A program made the position numbers and the translations under genes. A DNA stretch of 64,000 nucleotides. Origin: an uncultured Bacteroidaceae bacterium. Lineage in GTDB: Bacteria; Bacteroidota; Bacteroidia; Bacteroidales; SM23-62. Positions within the stretch are counted from its first letter, which is position 1. The number at the start of each line of letters is the position of its first letter. The stretch covers positions 5,287-69,286 of the forward strand of contig CAZILN010000275.1 of assembly GCA_964540005.1 (NCBI GenBank), written 5' to 3'. Under the pieces are notes generated by a model. The model saw only the letters and a list, made by a program, of their open reading frames with translations, did no database searches and had not been told where the DNA came from. Below, piece by piece: positions 9,140 through 16,335 of this stretch.

Positions 9140-9508
9140 TTGAAGCAAAAAAAGTTGGATATTAAAAATGAAAATAGCGTAAGAATTGCCATTCCAACGA
9201 ATGATGGAATAAATATCTTTTCGGGGATGTTGGGAATGGCAAAAGAGATGTTTATTTATGAAATCAAAAATGGAACGCAATTCAGGCTCATTGAGGAAAG
9301 AAATAATCCCTATGAAAGCACAATGCAACATTTAAAGACATTAGATGTGTATGAAATACTTCATGATTGTGGGATCATTATATTTGCTAAAATCGGTAAA
9401 AAGGGAATACACAGGCTCCAGGAAAGAGGAATGAAACTTTTTTTCAGAAAGGGGAATATACAGCAAGCGTTAGTGAATGTTTTCAGAGAAGAAGGATTAG
9501 ATGGATAA
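9140..9508 (+). CDS. NifB/NifX-family (dinitrogenase FeMo-cofactor-binding fold) small protein
   Basis: VRIAIPTNDG...G.AKEMFIYE... pattern of the NifX/NifB C-terminal domain family. The start is uncertain (TTG in the ORF track; no in-frame ATG close to the domain start). Confidence 0.65.
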   Translation: MKQKKLDIKNENSVRIAIPTNDGINIFSGMLGMAKEMFIYEIKNGTQFRLIEERNNPYESTMQHLKTLDVYEILHDCGIIIFAKIGKKGIHRLQERGMKLFFRKGNIQQALVNVFREEGLDG

Positions 9509-9510
9509 GT

Positions 9511-9636
9511 GATAAACTGGCAGAGGAAGGAAAACCGGTCATTATGGAAAATGAGGAAGGTGAACCATCTATCACGATTTCTCGTATGGTAAGGGAAATC
9601 AAAGATCTATGCAATACTCGCGAGGTAATTTTATGA
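9511..9636 (+). pseudogene. 3'-terminal remnant of a second Mrp/NBP35 paralog
   Basis: DKLAEEGKPVIMENEEGEPSITISRMVREIKDLCNTREVIL* parallels the Mrp C-terminus RKLADEGKLVIMENEEADISITIFQIVREIEDLCNENRKTLMS* (1481-1612). By hand, 82 of 96 nt are identical between 9520-9615 and 1490-1585. It starts 3 nt after the NifX-like stop, with no upstream ATPase domain. Confidence 0.6.
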
Positions 9637-9639
9637 ATT

Positions 9640-10650
9640 ATGATAGAAGCAATGTTATATGAAAAATTGCCCAATGAAAAAGTAAAATGCAATCTTTGTG
9701 CACATCGATGTGTAATTCATAATTCTAAGAAGGGAATTTGCAGGGTAAGAGAAAATATTGGAGGGAAATTATATGTGATGAATTACGGTAAGTTAATCGT
9801 TCAGCATATAGATACGATTGAGAAAAAACCCCTATTTCATTTTTATCCCGGATCAAGTGCATATTCGATTGCAACAAAAGGCTGCAATTTTCAATGTGAG
9901 TTTTGTCAGAATTATGAGATATCTCAGATACCTGTTCATGAAAATCGAATCATTGGTCCGGATTCAGTTCCCGAAGAAACTCTGGTGAAAGCAATTCAAC
10001 ATGGCTGTAAAAGCATTGCATATACTTATACTGAGCCAACTATTTTTTATGAATATATGTATGATGTTGCTCAATTAGCTAATGAAAAAAATATTAAGAA
10101 TATATTTATTACAAATGGATTTATCACATCTGAGGCGTTGCATACTATAGCTCCATATCTTGACGCTGCCAACGTTGATCTGAAATCCTTCACAAATGAT
10201 TTCTATAAAAAAACCTGCAAAGGAAAGTTGCAGCCTGTGCTGGATAAAATCAAATTATTGAATCAACTGGGAATCTGGATAGAAGTTACAACTCTGGTCA
10301 TTCCAACACTAAATGATACAGAGCAGGAATTTCGCTCAATAGCTGAGTTCATAATGAGTGTTAGCGGGGAGATACCCTGGCACATCAGCGCGTTTTATCC
10401 GGCCTTCAAACTTAATTATCTTCCCCCAACACCCCTTCCGGTTTTAAATCAGGCACTGAAAATTGGTCTGGAAACAGGGCTTCATTATGTCTATCTGGGT
10501 AATATGATAAATAATGTAACCGAGGATACCAGATGCCCCGGTTGTGGTCAGATATTGATTGAACGCGAAAATTTTAGCATTATTAGAAATAGAATTCAAG
10601 AAGGCCATTGCCCGAATTGTGGCAAAAAAATAGCAGGCATAGGTATGTAA
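9640..10650 (+). CDS. amrS: AmmeMemoRadiSam system radical SAM enzyme (PFL-activase-like)
   Basis: N-terminal ..KVKCNLCAHRCVI...GICRVREN..GKLY, IEKKPLFHFYPGS, radical SAM cluster CNFQCEFCQN, C-terminal CPGCG...CPNCG. Confidence 0.85.
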   Translation: MIEAMLYEKLPNEKVKCNLCAHRCVIHNSKKGICRVRENIGGKLYVMNYGKLIVQHIDTIEKKPLFHFYPGSSAYSIATKGCNFQCEFCQNYEISQIPVHENRIIGPDSVPEETLVKAIQHGCKSIAYTYTEPTIFYEYMYDVAQLANEKNIKNIFITNGFITSEALHTIAPYLDAANVDLKSFTNDFYKKTCKGKLQPVLDKIKLLNQLGIWIEVTTLVIPTLNDTEQEFRSIAEFIMSVSGEIPWHISAFYPAFKLNYLPPTPLPVLNQALKIGLETGLHYVYLGNMINNVTEDTRCPGCGQILIERENFSIIRNRIQEGHCPNCGKKIAGIGM

Positions 10651-10686
10651 CACAATTTCCAAAAAAATATCAAAAAGGCTTTTTCA

Positions 10687-12576
10687 ATGCTTTTAACCAT
10701 CTCTTTTCATTATGATTTTTACCCGCTTTTTGTAGTGGCCGTTATTGCTTGGATAGCACCCATACTACTTTCGCTTTTAAGACTAAAAAAAATCCCAATT
10801 ATTATTATTGAGATAATATTAGGATTTCTGGCTGGAAAATTTTTGTTTGGAAATCTTAGTGAAGAAAGTTTTCTAATTCTCGATTTTCTGGCACTTTTCG
10901 GTTTTCTTTTTCTCATGTTTTTAAGTGGTCTGGCAATAGATGTTGACCAGATTATTGCCTCATTTCCCCGCAGAAAATTGACCAAGATACGTTTTCTGAA
11001 GAATCCTTTGCTGGTGGGTATTACTCAGTTTATACTCACTGTTATATTTTCGTACATGGTTTCTTTGTTCCTCGGAAAGATTATTGATATACCATGTATC
11101 TGGTATTTTTCCCTAATTATGATTACCACCTCGGTTGCAATAGTTTTGCCCGTTCTGAAAGACCGGGGTGAAACCGGTAGCCGGTTTGGACAGATGATCA
11201 TTATGGCTGCAGCAGTTGCCGACATCCTGAGTATCATATTATTTACCTTAACTGCTCATATACTAAAAAATGGTTTTCAGTTTAAGCTCATTTATATCCT
11301 GGTACTTTTTTTACTTTTTTTACTTTTCTACAAAATTATTAACGGGCTGAAAAACACCCATTTAATAAAGAAATTAGGTTATCAGTTATCACAGGCTGCT
11401 TCTCAGATCCGTATCAGAGGAGCTGTTTTGATAATCCTGATTTTTGTAGTTATCTCTCAATACATTGGGAAGGAAGTTGTATTGTTGGGTGCTTTTCTAA
11501 GCGGATTGGTATTATCTTCAATGCTACACCGCGAACGATCACTAATGTTGATTAAATTAGACGGTATGGGTTATGGTTTCTTTATCCCAATCTTTTTTAT
11601 TATGGTAGGTGTTGGATTCGACCCTGTTGCACTCAATGAATTTGATAAAACTCTTATTGGGTTCCTGCTATTGCTGCTTCTATCACTTTTCGCAATAAAA
11701 GTCATACCTTCATTGCTGTGGCGTCCTTTATTTGGTTTTAGGAAAGCCATTTCCGGGGGCTTTCTGATTTCGTCAAGATTAAGCCTGATTATTGCCGCTT
11801 CTGTAATAGGACTTGAGTTAGGTGCTATTACTCCCGGGATAAACGCCAGTATTATAATAATGGCATTGATTACCTGTTTTGTTTCCCCGGTCATTTACAA
11901 CTGGATCTCACCCGGCAATCTAACAGAGAGTAAAAAAACCATTATTATTGGTGGCAGCAGCACAGGAGTCTTATTAGCACGTCGATTGCATGCCCATGGT
12001 AAAAATGTGGTTATTATTGAATTAAATAAAATGCGCTTTCAGGAAATCAGGGATAAAGGGATCAATGTTAGACATGGTAACGGACTTAAAAGGAATATTT
12101 ACCAGGAATTAAAGATAAGTCCCGAAAACTATGTTGTAATTGAAACCGGAAATGATGAAAAAAACCTGAAGATCAGTCGAATGCTAAAAAATGAATATCA
12201 GCATAAAAAAATTATCTCGAGGATTAACCGATTTTCATTAGAACAAAGGTATAAACAAATGGGCATCGAAACAATTGATGTTACACAGATACTGGCTTCA
12301 GCTATTGAAAACCTGATTTTTCGGCCCACTATATATCAAGCACTTGTTGAATCGTTTGAGAATTTTAGTGTTGAAGAGATTTTAATTACCAATCGTAATA
12401 TTGACGGTTTACAAATTAAAGAAATCTCTTTCCATAAAGATGCCATACTGATGATGGTCAGGCGAGGAAACAGTTTTACTATTCCGCATGGCGAAAGTTA
12501 TATAAGAACAGGTGATATTCTTTTAGTATTTGGTACTCAAACCGCTTTTGAGGATACCAGGCATAAAGTGGGATAA
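10687..12576 (+). CDS. Cation:proton antiporter (Kef/CPA2-type) with C-terminal RCK (TrkA-N/TrkA-C) domains
   Basis: About 400 aa polytopic membrane domain, followed by the Rossmann motif IIIGGSSTGVLLARRL and a TrkA-C-like tail. Confidence 0.85.
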   Translation: MLLTISFHYDFYPLFVVAVIAWIAPILLSLLRLKKIPIIIIEIILGFLAGKFLFGNLSEESFLILDFLALFGFLFLMFLSGLAIDVDQIIASFPRRKLTKIRFLKNPLLVGITQFILTVIFSYMVSLFLGKIIDIPCIWYFSLIMITTSVAIVLPVLKDRGETGSRFGQMIIMAAAVADILSIILFTLTAHILKNGFQFKLIYILVLFLLFLLFYKIINGLKNTHLIKKLGYQLSQAASQIRIRGAVLIILIFVVISQYIGKEVVLLGAFLSGLVLSSMLHRERSLMLIKLDGMGYGFFIPIFFIMVGVGFDPVALNEFDKTLIGFLLLLLLSLFAIKVIPSLLWRPLFGFRKAISGGFLISSRLSLIIAASVIGLELGAITPGINASIIIMALITCFVSPVIYNWISPGNLTESKKTIIIGGSSTGVLLARRLHAHGKNVVIIELNKMRFQEIRDKGINVRHGNGLKRNIYQELKISPENYVVIETGNDEKNLKISRMLKNEYQHKKIISRINRFSLEQRYKQMGIETIDVTQILASAIENLIFRPTIYQALVESFENFSVEEILITNRNIDGLQIKEISFHKDAILMMVRRGNSFTIPHGESYIRTGDILLVFGTQTAFEDTRHKVG

Positions 12577-12600
12577 GTCCATATACATCCTAAAGTCAAT

Positions 12601-12799
12601 GTGCCTTTAGGTTATTATAACGGACGAGCGATTGATGAGATCACCGGAACGGAGAACGAGAAGAAAGACGAATTTGTAACAGGTCTTGGAAGAGGCCATG
12701 GTAGCGTGTAAAACCTTTATTGAATTCGATGATGGACTGGAAGTGTCACAAATCATCGCGCAGATTTGGCTCAACCTGGCCGGGTATCATAAAAACTGA
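12601..12799 (+). other. Two short out-of-frame ORF fragments at the compositional junction (possible 3' remnant of a gene preceding the NifX-like gene)
   Basis: Frame 1: VPLGYYNGRAIDEITGTENEKKDEFVTGLGRGHGSV*. Frame 2: (M)VACKTFIEFDDGLEVSQIIAQIWLNLAGYHKN*, ending 5 nt before the ATG at 12805. I recognise no family. Confidence 0.2.
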
Positions 12800-12804
12800 A
12801 TCGT

Positions 12805-13242
12805 ATGGAATTAAAGATTGCATTTGCATTGAATACGGAGGATGCCTTTGAGAAAAGGCACTTCGGGGATGCTGCCCAGTATCATATCTATGCATTGAAA
12901 GACAAGGTGTTTCAATTGGAATCCAAAGAAACTAATATCTTCAAATCAGCAGAGAAAGACATTGCCCACGGACAAAAGTCAAAAGCGGAACAGATCATTC
13001 ATTTTCTGAAGCGCCGGGGCGTTTCCGTACTTGTTTCCAAGCAGTTTGGTAGTAATATCAAATACATTGTAAGCCATTTCATCCCCGTGGTGATCCGAAA
13101 AGAATCGCCAGAGGAGGTAAAAAAGATACTACTAAAACACAGCAGATGGGTGGAGGAAGAGCTGGACCGGCATCCAGACCGGTATAAAATGTTTACCGTG
13201 GACAACGGCATTTTAAAGACAAAGGTTGAACAAAACGGATAA
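12805..13242 (+). CDS. NifB/NifX-family small protein (second copy, higher GC)
   Basis: KIAFALN....HFGDAAQYHIY pattern (HFG..A..F.IY of the NifX/NifB C-terminal family). 145 aa. Confidence 0.6.
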   Translation: MELKIAFALNTEDAFEKRHFGDAAQYHIYALKDKVFQLESKETNIFKSAEKDIAHGQKSKAEQIIHFLKRRGVSVLVSKQFGSNIKYIVSHFIPVVIRKESPEEVKKILLKHSRWVEEELDRHPDRYKMFTVDNGILKTKVEQNG

Positions 13243-13603
13243 GAAGTGTATTCTGCAAAACTTTAGTATAATTATTCTCACTCTCTTTGTCCACCAATAC
13301 GAAATTATATGAAATGATTTTGCCTTAAAAATCCGGACGGTAAGTTAAGCTACTAAGAGCAGTATGTTGCCAAGAAAATATACTTAATGCTGGATTTGAG
13401 GTCACGATGAACTGATAAATAGTATTGAGAGCAATTATAGTTCTACTGAGTAATTTCAAATATATCCAAATCCATGTTCTGACTTTGTGACGGTTGAATA
13501 TAAGACGTTAATAACACAAGCACAGCTACTTAATATCCTTGGCAATAAAATGTTTTTTTTGAATCATTTGCAAACAGTACTGAAATTGGTATTACTTAGA
13601 TAA

Positions 13604-13930
13604 ATGGGGGGATTTTGTAAATTCCTGCGAAGTTTGCAAGGAATAGGGGGTCAACATCGTCGGAATAAACAGGAAATCAAGCGATCGCAGCGAAAGTTAC
13701 AAATTATGGACAGCATCCCAGGGTTTAGTATTGTTTTCCAGAACTGGAAAGGGATTTTTATCCCGGCTTTGTGGATTTCTCATCACCGTCCGGGCCGAAA
13801 CCGCCATGGCTCAGCTGGGTCAACCTTCTTCTCCCTCGAAGAAGGTTCGAACTTCGTTCAAAACAGCCGACAAATTAAATAAGCCTAAGAAGCTGAAGTT
13901 TGGTAGGCTTACTCGATTTTCTCACGACGT
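13604..13930. ncRNA. Candidate structured non-coding element (unassigned), a GC-richer core inside a 960-bp gene-free gap
   Basis: Hairpins seen by eye: 13621-13644 (attcctgc/gcaaggaat), 13824-13845 (8-bp stem ccttcttc/gaagaagg, loop tccctc), 13880-13911 (8-bp stem taagccta/taggctta). The ORFs here have an implausible composition. I recognise no Rfam-like family; strand unknown. Confidence 0.2.
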
Positions 13931-14186
13931 TAAAAGTATGTTTGCCTAATTTTTAAGTGCTCCCCAAAATCACCTTCCCCTTGTATTAATTAATATTCAG
14001 AACACTCATTTTTGATTGATGAAATCCAGATCCTAGAGGTATATTCTTTTGTATACTTAATATATTTATTTTGAAAATCTTTGTAAATTAATTCCTTATT
14101 AAGGATTATACGCAACAACTACTCGTTTATAATTTTGTTAGACCCAATTCTTTATAATTATCATACTGGCTCAGTTTTAAAAATCT

Positions 14187-14194
14187 TATCTTTG
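14187..14194 (+). promoter_or_regulatory. Bacteroidota-type -7 promoter motif TAnnTTTG (TATCTTTG) upstream of mntA
   Basis: Exact match to TAnnTTTG, ending 7 nt before ATG 14202. This would give a leaderless or near-leaderless transcript. Confidence 0.3.
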
Positions 14195-14201
14195 TTCAAG
14201 T

Positions 14202-14489
14202 ATGAACAGAAAGGAAATAGATACAGCTATCATTAACTACTTAGAGCCATTTGGGCCTAAGAGGATTGGAATATTTGGTTCGGTCGCAAGAAATGAAGAA
14301 ACTAACGATAGCGATATTGACATCCTAATCAGATTTGGGAATGTACCCACCTTATTAGAATTCGTGCGAATGGAAAGAGAACTCACTCATATTTTAGGAC
14401 GTAAAGTAGATCTAGTATCTGAAGGTGCATTAACCAATAAAAGACTAAAAACATACATTTTACAGGACCTTCAAATCATTTTTGAATGA
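14202..14489 (+). CDS. mntA: Nucleotidyltransferase (MNT) antitoxin of a type VII HEPN/MNT toxin-antitoxin pair
   Basis: GIFGSVARNEETNDSDIDILI (GS-x9-10-DxD pol-beta-type NTase motif). 95 aa. ATGA overlap with the downstream gene. Confidence 0.85.
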   Translation: MNRKEIDTAIINYLEPFGPKRIGIFGSVARNEETNDSDIDILIRFGNVPTLLEFVRMERELTHILGRKVDLVSEGALTNKRLKTYILQDLQIIFE

Positions 14490-14809
14490 AAGATGATTTA
14501 GTCTATATCGAGCATATTCAATCAAGTATAAAAAGGATTAGGAGCTATATTATAGGACTGAATCAAGACTCATTTCTTGAAAACCATATGGTCCAAGATG
14601 CTATCGTAAGACAACTTGAGATAATTGGTGAAGCCACGAAAAAGATTTCTCAAGATTTTAGAAATAAACACCAGGATATTCCTTGGAAAGATATGGCTGC
14701 AATGAGGGATAAGTTAATCCATGACTATATTGAGGTTGATTTCAAAATGGTCTGGAATACTGCTACAATCGACATCCCTAATCTTGAACGACTCATGGAG
14801 GGATTATAA
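14486..14809 (+). CDS. hepT: HEPN-domain (DUF86) RNase toxin HepT
   Basis: 107 aa. R-x4-H motif in AAMRDKLIHDY. Typical DUF86 size and position directly after the MNT gene. Confidence 0.85.
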   Translation: MKDDLVYIEHIQSSIKRIRSYIIGLNQDSFLENHMVQDAIVRQLEIIGEATKKISQDFRNKHQDIPWKDMAAMRDKLIHDYIEVDFKMVWNTATIDIPNLERLMEGL

Positions 14810-15261
14810 AGAACAGGGTCTAGCAAGGTGCATACGGTCAATTGGTTTGTCACGCATCTTGCACTGCAAACCACATGTTGACTGGCATCCCAAAATCCAC
14901 TAACTTTAGTGAAGTAACCAGTTTAAAACGTTTGAAACAGCAACATGCGCGCCATGGTGCCCGGACGCCTGTGGGCGCCGATAAAAAGGCACCTGCTGAG
15001 ATTGGCGGGAATACCGGCAAAACTCTGCTATGAGTTTCAATTACGGAAACCCTTTTTTGTGGATAAAATGCTGGAATAGCTTTATTATACAATTCTTCGA
15101 TAAAGGATATGAATTTTTCGAAGAGCCCCTGGCGGAGTCCGATTATCATAGAATAAAAGAGATGTCAAACCAATGGTTTTGATATCTCTGCACATGCCCG
15201 TCCCATGGAGGATCTGCCGTGAGAAATCCTCTCTTACATTAACATTTATTGGCGATAGCAC

Positions 15262-16278
15262 TTATTGATCCAGAAACTCAAGTATTTTTTCACTTACAAT
15301 TTTAGGATAGGTCAGTAATAAACAATGACCTGTGTTTGGAATTACTTCAGTTTGAATATCCGGAGCTATCATGTTTAAGTGATCGACTGCATCTTTTACC
15401 GAATACAGCTTCTCATTTTCACCAACAAGGTATAGAACAGGGACAATTATATGCTGTAATTCTTCATTGGGTATAACTGTCATACTTATAGGAATCTTGG
15501 GCTTAAAACTACGTATGGCAATACTTATTGCATCCAGCCTGCCTTCAGCCATTCTTATTCCATCTTCAGTTTGAACCATATCCTCACAGGTCCAGAATAA
15601 TGCACTTTTTGCCAGATACCTAAAAGGGATCAGACCGGTTAAAGCTCTCTTTTCGAATTCCTTACTGCAGGGGTAAACCGTATAAGCAGGAGATAATAAC
15701 ACTGCTTTATTTAACCTGTGCGGATAATGCACTAGAAACTGGCCGGCGACCCAGCCTCCGTATGAATATCCTACAAGGTTGATATTGTTTTCCAGCCCAA
15801 GCTCGGTAAAAAGTTCATCGAGCCATTTTACATAATCTTCAGGACCGCTCATCCGTCTTGTGTAAATACTGCGGCCAAAGTCATATATCTGGTCCAGGGC
15901 ATAAACCCTGTAATCCTCTGACAATTCCTCAATATTGTTCTTCCATATCAGGGATGTAGCACCGCCGCCCGGCAGCAGCACAATTGGTGGATCATCTGCA
16001 GAACCGTTAATCCGTACAAATGTCTGTCCATAGGAAGTGGTTATCATTTTATCCTCTGAATCTGAAGGCCAATCCTCAGCTCTTGCATCATAATACTCCA
16101 GGTATTTCTCCCGGACCCTTTCTGACCTGAAAGGATGATAATCATTAATCTCAAAAGCAGCCGGTCCGCGCAAGAATGACAGGTAGGCCCAAGAGTAAGT
16201 AGTCAGGCACAATAATAAAATTGCCCCGGTTCCAATAAGTATATATTTTAGTATTACTGTTAGCAGAGATTTTTTCAA
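15262..16278 (-). CDS. Alpha/beta hydrolase with N-terminal membrane anchor
   Basis: N-terminal TM helix, oxyanion region LLPGGGATS, nucleophile elbow GYSYGG, C-terminal GHCLL histidine motif. Confidence 0.8.
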   Translation of the reverse strand: MKKSLLTVILKYILIGTGAILLLCLTTYSWAYLSFLRGPAAFEINDYHPFRSERVREKYLEYYDARAEDWPSDSEDKMITTSYGQTFVRINGSADDPPIVLLPGGGATSLIWKNNIEELSEDYRVYALDQIYDFGRSIYTRRMSGPEDYVKWLDELFTELGLENNINLVGYSYGGWVAGQFLVHYPHRLNKAVLLSPAYTVYPCSKEFEKRALTGLIPFRYLAKSALFWTCEDMVQTEDGIRMAEGRLDAISIAIRSFKPKIPISMTVIPNEELQHIIVPVLYLVGENEKLYSVKDAVDHLNMIAPDIQTEVIPNTGHCLLLTYPKIVSEKILEFLDQ

Positions 16279-16335
16279 TTATTCGGAGGATTTTTGCCAG
16301 GTATGGGTTTTCTGTAATTGATTTATACTTGATGT

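Noticed and set aside
12601-12640. Similarity of gtgcctttaggttattataacggacgagcgatt to the UDG gene segment at about 8676-8711 (15-nt exact match, VPLGYY in both)
   Set aside because: A 15-mer repeat is expected by chance a few times in a 64-kb window when both strands are considered. The flanking protein sequence does not continue to resemble UDG.
13604-13930. Idea that this is a tmRNA or RNase P RNA (5' GGGGGG run, gaaggttcgaacttc T-loop-like string, gtccgggc...aaaccgccatggc resembling RNase P blocks)
   Set aside because: There is no acceptor-stem or 3' CCA-proximal pairing, no tag ORF, and the T-arm does not pair (cgaag/cttcg with a 10-nt loop). The other universal RNase P blocks (GAGGAAAGUCC, AGGGUGAAA, ACAGAACCCGGCUUA) are absent. 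The resemblance is limited to short strings.
13604-13949. ORF-track entries 13604-13882 (92 aa) and 13731-13949 (72 aa) as protein genes
   Set aside because: They overlap each other in different frames, are Arg/Ser/Gly/Gln-rich and lack any promoter-proximal logic. I treat the region as non-coding or decayed instead.
14850-15149. 99-aa minus-strand ORF in the hepT/hydrolase spacer as a real gene
   Set aside because: It matches no family motif. Its C-terminal half is Ala/Pro/Cys/Arg-rich and coincides with the GC-rich hairpin, and it has no upstream signal. It is kept only as part of an unexplained-region finding.
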